The position numbers and the translations under genes are program-made. The notes under the pieces were generated by a model. It made no database searches, was not told the origin of the DNA, and saw nothing but the letters and a program-made list of their open reading frames with translations. From IMG/VR virus record IMGVR_UViG_3300030616_000016, positions 124,001 through 188,000 of that record: a stretch of DNA of 64,000 bases; one strand, written 5' to 3'. Below are positions 15,258-23,143 of the stretch, piece after piece (the first letter of the stretch is position 1; each line of letters starts with the position of its first letter).

Positions 15258-15650
15258 ATGATGGCATGGCAATGTACTGTTTATTCGCGTAGGGGCGACG
15301 AGAATCCCTTGCCTGAAAACTGGCATGAAATTAAACTTAATGTTGTTTTCAGAGATAGATTCACTTGTCAAATGTGTGGCAAGAAGTTCAAGTTTGAAGA
15401 ACTTGATGCGCATCATTTGAAACCCCGTTCTGAAGGAGGTACTAATAACATCAAGAATCTAATAACATTGTGTGAAGATTGTCATGATGTTGTTGAGGTC
15501 AATGGAATTCGCTACCGGGATATTATCAGGAATAAGCATAGACTGCAGCGAGACAGGCAAGAAAAACTTTATGAACTTAAGCATGGGAGCAAGAAATGCA
15601 AGAGAATCAAGAAGAAACCAATAGCGAACAAAGAGAACTGGCAGACATAG
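15258..15650 (+). CDS. HNH endonuclease
   Basis: RDRFTCQMCG...AHHLKPRSEGGTNNIKNLITLCEDCH; AAGGAG SD. Confidence 0.9.
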   Translation: MMAWQCTVYSRRGDENPLPENWHEIKLNVVFRDRFTCQMCGKKFKFEELDAHHLKPRSEGGTNNIKNLITLCEDCHDVVEVNGIRYRDIIRNKHRLQRDRQEKLYELKHGSKKCKRIKKKPIANKENWQT

Positions 15651-15853
15651 GTATACGGCGGATACAACCCTCCGTCGTAGAGCCGCTGCATATTTTACTC
15701 AACAAAGGTGTTACTAAATGGGTTATATCCAAGCGCGTTGGTGTTACGTGGCGTACCGTAAGATACTGGGAGCAAGGGTTTTCTGAACCTAAAGAGTTCA
15801 ATATGAAAGCCTTGTGGGATCTTGTAGATGAGGTTAATGAAGCAGGTGGCTGA
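15596..15853 (+). CDS. Small HTH (XRE-like) DNA-binding protein
   Basis: VISKRVGVTWRTVRYWEQGFSEP helix-turn-helix pattern. Confidence 0.65.
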   Translation: MQENQEETNSEQRELADIGIRRIQPSVVEPLHILLNKGVTKWVISKRVGVTWRTVRYWEQGFSEPKEFNMKALWDLVDEVNEAGG

Positions 15854-15911
15854 CACATACCATCCAGCACTCTCAATTATGTCCTTGAGTGTATCAGAGT
15901 CGTAGAATACC

Positions 15912-15968
15912 CTATTTGCGTTTGCTCCGTTTGAAGCGGTTCCTGGTTCTGCTGTGCCTCTTCTTCAT
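15912..15968 (-). CDS. Candidate 18-aa Arg/Lys-rich peptide
   Basis: MKKRHSRTRNRFKRSKRK*; purine-rich GGAAAGG upstream, inside the last helix of the structured array. Confidence 0.3.
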   Translation of the reverse strand: MKKRHSRTRNRFKRSKRK

Positions 15969-16458
15969 ACCCTTTCCACTTGTAAAATGAGAGGGAAGAG
16001 GTTAGCCGCCATCCGCCTCCTACACCAATCCCCTGACATACCCTCTCAAGTTAATAAAGGGGAGAGGGCTTTCTTGCTCCACGTCAGCCTCCAATGTTAG
16101 AGTTGGCCCAGCTGTACGTACCCTCTCTGAGAGCTTGCTACCATATTGGTGACTGTTGTGGTCGTCACCTTACCGCCCCCGATTCTATTACGATCCAACG
16201 CCCAAGGGTAGCAATTGGAAAGGTGAGAGACTTTCTTCCCACCACGCAATTAGCGTATCTCTCTGGGTGTAGTCTCTGATGAGATAAATCTACGACTGTA
16301 GGTGGGGCTAATAGTCCTACCTTGAGACGTTTAACGAATCATTCCAGACGTTGTGAAATTCCCATCAGGTGAGAGGCTTTGTTCGCCACGTACAGCCACC
16401 GGCGTTTATTCCGGATGTACACCTCAGTTAGTACTGAGTACGCTGTCCGTATCCTCTC
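15968..16458. ncRNA. Candidate structured ncRNA made of tandem repeats of a two-helix motif with variable inserts (strand unresolved)
   Basis: Plus-strand junctions AGG(T/G)GAGAGR-CTTT-N5-7-CCACG at 16058, 16221, 16367 and (CG)TA-Y-CYCTC at 16039, 16117, 16254, 16448, with complementary helices around inserts of very different length. Confidence 0.6.
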
Positions 16459-16474
16459 GTAGGCTCTGAGTTAC

Positions 16475-16696
16475 CTACTCAGCCGTTTTCGAATCCAAAT
16501 CGCAAGCAGCGATCTCTTCATCGGGCTGAGTTTCGCTAAGCTGTTTCTTGAGTTCAGCGATGGTTTTGTGGCTGGTGTCCAGATTGCTCTGGAGCTCGGA
16601 GATGGTCTGGTTTCGCTCTGTCAACGCCTTCTCCTGGTCCTTGTTTGTTTTGACCAGACGCTGACACTTCTGATGCAACATTTCACGCTTTGTCAT
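16475..16696 (-). CDS. Small coiled-coil protein
   Basis: Heptad-rich; AGGAG SD. Confidence 0.65.
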   Translation of the reverse strand: MTKREMLHQKCQRLVKTNKDQEKALTERNQTISELQSNLDTSHKTIAELKKQLSETQPDEEIAACDLDSKTAE

Positions 16697-16793
16697 GCTT
16701 GTCTCCTGTTAAAATAAAGTTGGTGTGTGAACCCGTATACGAACGTAAGTACACACGGGAATATTACATATAACCTACTTATTATAAGTAATG

Positions 16794-17174
16794 TCACGAT
16801 ACTGATTCAAGCTTCTTCTGAAGCTCATCAATTGTTGCGTAGATGCCCTTGGCATCATCATCAAAGCGACTCATCAGTCGCCTGAAGATTCTGTAGTTGA
16901 TGTTGAAGTCGTCCTTGAACACCCTCACCATCTTGTTTATTGCGAAACTGAATTGGAGCCGCATTGCCTTGTCACCAGACTTCTCAGCTTCCTCCATGCG
17001 GTTTAGGGCGTTGTCTATCTGACTCATGGCCAGAGCCGCTACTTCCAGGTGGGGTACTATTGACAGACGAGCAGCGGCGTGCTCCTTCTTTCCTTTAGCT
17101 ACATCGAACAGATTCATGTTACTCTCCTTGTCAAATATTGCTGGTGTTCTCTCCAATTCCCGAGGGTATTGCAT
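16794..17174 (-). CDS. Helical hypothetical protein
   Basis: AAGGAG SD before an internal ATG (MNLFD), which may be the true start. Confidence 0.65.
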   Translation of the reverse strand: MQYPRELERTPAIFDKESNMNLFDVAKGKKEHAAARLSIVPHLEVAALAMSQIDNALNRMEEAEKSGDKAMRLQFSFAINKMVRVFKDDFNINYRIFRRLMSRFDDDAKGIYATIDELQKKLESVS

Positions 17175-17349
17175 TTTATCTTTGTCGATTATTGCTATAA
17201 AATACGTAGATGGTAACGATCACAAGTCATTACCACCTACGTACCAGGAGAGAGTATATGGGCACCCACTATGTGGATGGCTATATATTATCTCCAAATA
17301 AAGGCGTAGGGCGCCCCATTAGGAGCAACCCTACACCGAGGTAAGTGCT

Positions 17350-17826
17350 TTAGATTTCGTTAGATACGAAGTCACTGGCACCTGAAGGAACTTCACTGGT
17401 CTGACGACGGGAGCGCCGTGAGCTCACCTGAGTAGGTGTGCGGGGAGCGCGTCCCTTGTTTTCAGGGTCACCAGCAGAAGCGACGACATTGGGAGCTTCC
17501 CCGTTTGCTACCTCTTCCAGGTTATCCACCGCGAAGACCTCAACGCGTTTGATGTCGTACTGACGTTTACCGTCAACACCGACTTCATAATCGCTGTACG
17601 GAGCGACGTTATTCTTAACGAAGCCCCACAGCTCGTTGAGTTTCTTCTTGCGGGTGGCGTTACCACTGATGATTGCCAGACCCTTGATTTCATCGACTTT
17701 GTTCACATCGACGTAGATTGCGTGCCTTTCTCCTACAAGCTTAACAGGCACGGCGTCTTCCAGAACTTCATTAAATCCCTGCGTCATATCGATAATCGGG
17801 CGCATTTTAGCGTCCTTTCTGCCCAA
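17350..17826 (-). CDS. Hypothetical protein with disordered C-terminal tail (possibly nucleic-acid binding)
   Basis: Beta-rich N-terminal ~100 aa, then a Pro/Ser/Arg tail ending ASDFVSNEI. Confidence 0.6.
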   Translation of the reverse strand: MGRKDAKMRPIIDMTQGFNEVLEDAVPVKLVGERHAIYVDVNKVDEIKGLAIISGNATRKKKLNELWGFVKNNVAPYSDYEVGVDGKRQYDIKRVEVFAVDNLEEVANGEAPNVVASAGDPENKGRAPRTPTQVSSRRSRRQTSEVPSGASDFVSNEI

Positions 17827-17988
17827 TGAAGGGCGTTAAGTTAAGTTTGGGCACAGAATGGACTGTACCCGTTAAGTGTCTGTCTGTTATACTCTTAGCA
17901 CGTGTCGCTTACGTTTGGTTTTGCGCACACGGTACTGTAGGGTATAGCGTAGTAATGAAACCACGCAACAAACAAAACCCAAAACACA

Positions 17989-18174
17989 CTATCCCTGTAC
18001 TATCCGTAGCACAGCTTGGTCGTGTTCAGGGTCGTCTTTTCTGATTCCAAGGGCTGTCTTTACGTCTTCGAGCTTATCGCCCTTGTACTTGTCATCATTA
18101 CGACGGTTGGCGTTTGCTATGTTACACTCAATCGCCTCTTTGTACCTCTGGTCCCGCGACTTTCTTGTTCTCAT
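17989..18174 (-). CDS. Small basic hypothetical protein
   Basis: AAGGAG SD. Confidence 0.55.
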   Translation of the reverse strand: MRTRKSRDQRYKEAIECNIANANRRNDDKYKGDKLEDVKTALGIRKDDPEHDQAVLRIVQG

Positions 18175-18195
18175 AACATTTCTCCTTAAAATGGT

Positions 18196-18552
18196 TCATG
18201 CCATATGAGGCTGATTATCCTCAATAAATTTCACCACCTTATCAAAGTCCAATGGTATTTCAGGTCTTCTGAGAGGAATATAATATATTTCCTTTCTCTG
18301 GTTATCAGAAATAACACCATGGGCAATTTCCATGTGACATTCTTTGCACTGGTCTACAATTAAGTCATTGCAAAACCTGCACACGAACCCGAATATGCGG
18401 TCTTTGCAGTGCCTGCACCTGATGTTTAGTGTTGGTAGCCTGTCTGGTAATGTTGACCTCATAACATTCTCCTTCAAATGGGTTAAGTACAAAGACCTTC
18501 CCTGATCTATAAGGGATTGAGACAGGTAAGGTTGGAGCGAGCCCGCGCTCAC
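18196..18552 (-). CDS. Cys-rich zinc-binding protein
   Basis: CRHC, CRFC, CKECH. Confidence 0.6.
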   Translation of the reverse strand: MSAGSLQPYLSQSLIDQGRSLYLTHLKENVMRSTLPDRLPTLNIRCRHCKDRIFGFVCRFCNDLIVDQCKECHMEIAHGVISDNQRKEIYYIPLRRPEIPLDFDKVVKFIEDNQPHMA

Positions 18553-18731
18553 TCCAAACCATCAATACAATCATAGTGAACCCTGTAGTCCACTATGCAC
18601 TGCTCAGACTCTGTGAGCGAGCTCATTCCAAAGAAATCCGCCCGCTCAAACAAATCCCCATACTCCTCACGGATGACGCCTTTGTCATCATCTGAGAGTG
18701 GCTTACTACAAACCGCGCATATGTTATCCAT
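18549..18731 (-). CDS. Small zinc-binding protein
   Basis: CAVC...HYDC; coupled to its neighbours. Confidence 0.55.
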   Translation of the reverse strand: MDNICAVCSKPLSDDDKGVIREEYGDLFERADFFGMSSLTESEQCIVDYRVHYDCIDGLE

Positions 18732-19000
18732 TAGTTATCTCCTTTACAAAGGTTATCTTTGAAGAATTTGTTGAGGACTTCACACGCTTTGTCGAACTTA
18801 TGTGTGGCTTTATCCAGTTCAGCCTGTGCGTAGTCGAGAGCCAGGCTGTACTCGTGCCACACCCAGTAACCCTCAACGTAATCCCGCGCCACTTCCTCAT
18901 CAACACCACACATTGCCACTACTACCTTGGTGGCGGTTTCTGTATCTTCAACCAGCGCCCGGATTATTTCATCAATCTTCGGTTGGTCATGTTCATTCAT
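18731..19000 (-). CDS. Hypothetical protein
   Basis: AAGGAG SD. Confidence 0.65.
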   Translation of the reverse strand: MNEHDQPKIDEIIRALVEDTETATKVVVAMCGVDEEVARDYVEGYWVWHEYSLALDYAQAELDKATHKFDKACEVLNKFFKDNLCKGDN

Positions 19001-19156
19001 TAGATTACTCCTTAAAATATGGTTGTTGTGAACTGGCGCGCCATTTCTTTATTCACGCCATAGGGACTGTCAGTACAATCCCGTAAAAATTACCGTCATA
19101 TACTGTTAGCGTTAAGATTCATTATAAAAAGATATTAGAACGGAGTATACAACAAT

Positions 19157-19233
19157 GCTACGCGTAGTTTGCGTAGCGACCTTTGTCGGTGCGTAGTTTG
19201 CACCGCGAGCCGGCAGATGTAGTTACTGCCGGC
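19157..19233. promoter_or_regulatory. Three adjacent hairpins with different stems and the same GTAGTT loop
   Basis: GCTACGC-GTAGTTT-GCGTAGC; CGGTGC-GTAGTTT-GCACCG; GCCGGCAG-ATGTAGTTA-CTGCCGGC. Confidence 0.65.
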
Positions 19234-19294
19234 GCGGAGTCGGCTTGCTCATTGGTTTACTCTGCTTGGCATTGGAACCGGAGCTTGGGGTAGG

Positions 19295-19453
19295 TTACGG
19301 AGTACCTACCTTGAAATGGGTGGTCATCCCCCGGCACCTTGGGCACCGGGAGACTTCCTTTATGTATATCTTACCGCAATTACTACACAGGGATCCTATC
19401 TTCCCCGCGTTCTCCTTCATATAATCATTAAGCTCATCTCTGAAGGACTTCAT
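19295..19453 (-). CDS. 52-aa zinc-ribbon protein (below ORF-track cutoff)
   Basis: MKSFRDELNDYMKENAGKIGSLCSNCGKIYIKEVSRCPRCRGMTTHFKVGTP*; ATGA-coupled to 19450-20034. Confidence 0.6.
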   Translation of the reverse strand: MKSFRDELNDYMKENAGKIGSLCSNCGKIYIKEVSRCPRCRGMTTHFKVGTP

Positions 19454-20034
19454 TCAGCACCTCCTTCGAAAAGCTGGTGGATCTTCTCGCTTTTTACTCT
19501 CTTGCCTGTGGTACAAGAGAATACAAAGGGCGCGCCATTTATTTCTACCTTAACATAGTGATGCTTGTTAAAGTATTTGGCCACCCTCTTGGTCACTACC
19601 TTGTGCTTGCAGTATGGCAACGATACTCTGTTGCCTTCCTTATCCAGAAGTTTCATGGTATTACCCGCCATCTTATAAAGCAGGTAATACTCTCCATTTA
19701 CCAGCTGGATAACAGGTATCTGTTTATCACCAAGTCTCTCCCGGAACTTGGTGATGCCTTCCCTCTTCTTCCCTCTTGCAAACAACTCTCTAATGCATCT
19801 GCTCGGGTCGTCACCCATGTCTGTTAACTGCTTGCTGACACGCATCTTATCGTCAGCAGTAGGTGCGGCTTGTATGGATTTGATAAATCCACTGCACACC
19901 CCGTGGGGCATACTCATTGCTGAGTATACCCCGTATTCGTTGCTGTGACGGACAAATGCCTTCTGTCTTGACAGGCGACGTATTTCAATGCGAACATTAT
20001 CTATTGTAAGAATCATTTCTTTCTCTCCTTGCAT
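19450..20034 (-). CDS. Basic hypothetical protein immediately downstream of the RNAP-like gene
   Basis: Co-oriented ORF with AAGGAG SD. Confidence 0.65.
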   Translation of the reverse strand: MQGEKEMILTIDNVRIEIRRLSRQKAFVRHSNEYGVYSAMSMPHGVCSGFIKSIQAAPTADDKMRVSKQLTDMGDDPSRCIRELFARGKKREGITKFRERLGDKQIPVIQLVNGEYYLLYKMAGNTMKLLDKEGNRVSLPYCKHKVVTKRVAKYFNKHHYVKVEINGAPFVFSCTTGKRVKSEKIHQLFEGGAE

Positions 20035-20040
20035 AAATGG

Positions 20041-22332
20041 TTAGAGGACGACCTTCTGGCCGACCATATTGAGAACTGCTTCTTCTTTGCTGACATACCA
20101 GCCAGCCTGCTTGCCGTCCTTGTGCAGCTCCACACTGTACCAGTCGGACTTACGATAAATCCGTTCTGGCTTAGCATGCACTTCCAGTTCTACTCCTTGC
20201 AGGTCACTTACTTGACCCTTGAATCCCCTCACGTCAATAAATCCATCAGGCACATAGGACTCATCAACATCAACAGCAAAGCGTGACTGGATATCACCAA
20301 TATACCTACCAAGAATGGTGATAAAGAACGTATTGCGCGTTCTAACTCCTTCATCGTTCCACCATTTCACTTTACCCTTGTCAGGCTTCTCTGACCAGGC
20401 GATGCGCATCATAGACCCGATGACATCGAGAGGGTTGTCCAGCGCTTCAACATAATCCAAGATCTCATCAGTAAGTGCTCTGAACTCATTTCTGATTTCT
20501 TTATCCTTGTCATCCGAAGTTAGCTCAGGGTCTTTCTTGATCTCGATTACATTTCTGATGGTATTGGACCTGGATTCCCATATAAACGCCCAGAGATCTT
20601 CTCCTTCTGGAGTGATATCAAACGCGTTTACATCGAACGGTGGCTTGGCCTCCATGTTTGTATCAGTGTATTTGGCCAGCTCAAGCTCATCCTGAATCTT
20701 GTCGAAGCCATTCAGGAACTTTGTCAGCTTGCATTTCTCAGCCATTTCGTAGGCCAGAAGCTTTTTAGGGAAAACTTCCGGCTTGCCATACTTATCAATC
20801 AATTTGTAGCCATATGCGACCAGATCTTTCTCGTCTTTCGATACTGGTCTGTTATCAATGACCTTGTGTTTGATATAACCAAGATCCTTGATCAACTTTG
20901 GATCGTCAAACCCATTGGTCAAAGACAGGCACTGTTGCACAAGATCAACACCGCCAATTGTGAGACCAGAATGAATGTCGATAAGCTGATGTGCAAGCTC
21001 GCGCAAGGCTTCATTCTTTGGTTTCGACAAGTCGATCTCCAGCTTCATTGGATCTTCATCGTCCAATGTTCTTTCTGGAGTCTGAGAGATATCCTGAGTC
21101 CATGAGAATGGCTTATGTTTATTTCCGTTCTCGTCTATCACAGTTAGGCCCATGACTTCAGAACTAGAGCCTATTGGTACTCTGAATGCCGCAGCTCCAC
21201 ATTCGACATACTCAGGATCGATGCCCCATATTTTCTTGAGCATCTCTGCGTTACGCGCTTTCATCTCCTCTGTGATTACGTGGAGTGTAAGTGTGTCTCC
21301 ATCACAGTCCGATGAAGTCCATCGCTCTATATTATCTATGGTCTTCTTGCTTGCAAGACCAAGGGTATACTTGTGCGTTCCAACAACCAACGCCATAAAG
21401 TCTTTCTTGCATCCTGTGAACTTTATGTTGCGCTCGTCCACCACAATGGTATTTGGCGGCAGGGTCTCATCACATATCATCATACCCTTGATGCCTTTGC
21501 CTTCATGGGCCATAGCAACACCAATCGCCATGATTTCATCATCGGAAGACTCAAGCTTGAGCTCATTTTCTTCTAGAGTCTCAGCGTCTTCTCTCCAGGC
21601 AATTGGATATGATCCGAATGCTGTTGCATACTGATTCTTCTTGTACGGCGCATCCATAAGCCTGTTCATCTCCTTATTGAACTCATAGAAGGCCACTGCG
21701 TCGTCGACTGATATCTCGAATGGGAAATGAGCCAGATTCTTGGCTACCCATTCTGGCGTGAGCCGCATATTGTCTATCTTATGCGCCCACTCGCATGTTG
21801 AAAGAACGTATGCTTTATTGAACTCGTTCTTTGTCTCTGCGGAAAGGTCGCTGCCGTAAATAGCCGTTGGATACTGCATCGGCAGCATAGACTGCTTCTG
21901 CTTATTTAAGGTTGTCCTTGCCGCTTCCTTTTTTACCTTCTTCCATACGTCTTTGCTTCCATGAATCAACCCATCTACGGTTCTAGCAATGATGACGTTG
22001 ATCGTCTTGCTATCCCAGTACGCTAACCTCCTGAGACTTTCATTAAGCATCCAAAGTATCCTTCTAAGATGCTTAACTCTTATGCGACCATCAACCATCG
22101 CCTGAGATGACTCAAACCACTTAGGTTGAGTCTTAAGGCCGAGATTATTATCGGGAACAAGGTCCCATTTGACCATATTCCAGACGATATCGTTAATGAC
22201 TTTTTCTCTGAGGCCTTTTTCTCTGCCTCTACCCACTGTCTTAGTCGACAATGACACAGGGAAATCTGCAGGCATGTCTGTCCTGCCAAGATCTCCTGCA
22301 TAGACTGTTTTGCTGCTTAACTTACACTTCAT
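20041..22332 (-). CDS. Candidate single-subunit two-barrel RNA polymerase (YonO / cellular-RdRP / crAss-like superfamily)
   Basis: GIKGMMICDETLPPNTIVVDERNIKF (K282) resembles the GxKG...I...KF segment of cellular RdRP-like enzymes. SSDCDGDTLTLH (D342-D346, nt 21309-21295) matches the DxDGD Mg-binding loop. Confidence 0.55.
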   Translation of the reverse strand: MKCKLSSKTVYAGDLGRTDMPADFPVSLSTKTVGRGREKGLREKVINDIVWNMVKWDLVPDNNLGLKTQPKWFESSQAMVDGRIRVKHLRRILWMLNESLRRLAYWDSKTINVIIARTVDGLIHGSKDVWKKVKKEAARTTLNKQKQSMLPMQYPTAIYGSDLSAETKNEFNKAYVLSTCEWAHKIDNMRLTPEWVAKNLAHFPFEISVDDAVAFYEFNKEMNRLMDAPYKKNQYATAFGSYPIAWREDAETLEENELKLESSDDEIMAIGVAMAHEGKGIKGMMICDETLPPNTIVVDERNIKFTGCKKDFMALVVGTHKYTLGLASKKTIDNIERWTSSDCDGDTLTLHVITEEMKARNAEMLKKIWGIDPEYVECGAAAFRVPIGSSSEVMGLTVIDENGNKHKPFSWTQDISQTPERTLDDEDPMKLEIDLSKPKNEALRELAHQLIDIHSGLTIGGVDLVQQCLSLTNGFDDPKLIKDLGYIKHKVIDNRPVSKDEKDLVAYGYKLIDKYGKPEVFPKKLLAYEMAEKCKLTKFLNGFDKIQDELELAKYTDTNMEAKPPFDVNAFDITPEGEDLWAFIWESRSNTIRNVIEIKKDPELTSDDKDKEIRNEFRALTDEILDYVEALDNPLDVIGSMMRIAWSEKPDKGKVKWWNDEGVRTRNTFFITILGRYIGDIQSRFAVDVDESYVPDGFIDVRGFKGQVSDLQGVELEVHAKPERIYRKSDWYSVELHKDGKQAGWYVSKEEAVLNMVGQKVVL

Positions 22333-22368
22333 ACTAATTCTCCTTAAAAGGGTGGTCTTGTTATAAGA

Positions 22369-22406
22369 GACAGGCTATATAGCGACCACTAACCATATAG
22401 CCTGTC
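22369..22406. other. 12-bp hairpin upstream of the RNAP-like gene
   Basis: GACAGGCTATAT / ATATAGCCTGTC with a 14-nt loop. Confidence 0.7.
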
Positions 22407-22419
22407 ATTGAATTAAGAT

Positions 22420-22722
22420 CTAGCGTCCGAGGCGCTTCCTCAGACTATTGATCTCGTTCTTGGCCTTACCGATGTCCTTGCCGAGATCCTTAATGATCTC
22501 AACGTACTGGTCGATGAACTCCTTGGTCTCTTCGCTATAAACCTCGAAGTTTCTGACAAACTCCTGATGGTGTTTGCGCTCCCTCTGCATCTGGCGCAAG
22601 TCCTTCTCCTTTTTCTGGAGCTCTTCCTCCAACTTGAGCACGGTCTTAGCCATGCTCTGATTTTTGTTATCCATGCTGCTTATGATCGCTTCTTTGAACT
22701 GAGCCATGTCTCCCAATTTCAT
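22420..22722 (-). CDS. Coiled-coil protein (start MKLGDM)
   Basis: GGAGAG SD; heptads. Confidence 0.65.
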   Translation of the reverse strand: MKLGDMAQFKEAIISSMDNKNQSMAKTVLKLEEELQKKEKDLRQMQRERKHHQEFVRNFEVYSEETKEFIDQYVEIIKDLGKDIGKAKNEINSLRKRLGR

Positions 22723-22846
22723 ATCTAACTCTCCTTCTGCCCTATTGGGCAATAGCGTATATAGAAGGCCCTATATAGGCCCTTGCCTATATAAGGGGTA
22801 GTACATATACGCCCTATGTACTACCTGTTTACACTGCATATAAGGT

Positions 22847-23002
22847 CTACCTATTAGACCTTGTTGTATAAGTACCCACATTACCCTTAATAAGGGCTTC
22901 TACACCATACCCAATAGTGTCGGACTTACGCGCATAGTGTTTATTGAGCACGCGCATATTGTGCTCATCAACAATCCTCTTAATCTGTTCTGCTCTACTC
23001 AT
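22847..23002 (-). CDS. 51-aa protein (below ORF-track cutoff)
   Basis: MSRAEQIKRIVDEHNMRVLNKHYARKSDTIGYGVEALIKGNVGTYTTRSNR*; AAGGAG SD. Confidence 0.55.
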   Translation of the reverse strand: MSRAEQIKRIVDEHNMRVLNKHYARKSDTIGYGVEALIKGNVGTYTTRSNR

Positions 23003-23012
23003 AATACTCTCC

Positions 23013-23132
23013 TTAATTACTATGGATTAACGGATATACGTACTCCAGTAGTACGTATAGGAATATGCACGCACATATTCCAAACAGTAGTCCCTTACAT
23101 ACTTCCTTGAGCCACTCCTTTGGCTTGTTCAC
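23013..23132 (-). CDS. 39-aa single-TM protein (start GTG 23132)
   Basis: AAGGAGGTG SD; hydrophobic core. Confidence 0.55.
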   Translation of the reverse strand: MNKPKEWLKEVCKGLLFGICACIFLYVLLEYVYPLIHSN

Positions 23133-23143
23133 TATACACCTCC

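Noticed and set aside
16275-16360. CTGATGAG ... GAAA as a hammerhead ribozyme
   Set aside because: No stem II can form between the two core segments; CTGATG instead pairs with CATCAG at 16363-16368.
15258-16458. HNH plus structured RNA as an IscB/HEARO system
   Set aside because: The protein is 130 aa with no PLMP or RuvC segments; any link to the array remains only a hypothesis.
15968-16458. Array units as c-di-GMP-I riboswitches
   Set aside because: Only the AAAG-helix-RUAC order is similar; GGCAAA, the GNRA loop and its receptor are absent, so no riboswitch call is made.
22860-23000. Hairpins as part of a non-coding RNA
   Set aside because: The interval is occupied by a 51-aa ORF with a strong SD (22847-23002); the same applies to stems at 19289-19350 inside the 52-aa zinc-ribbon gene.
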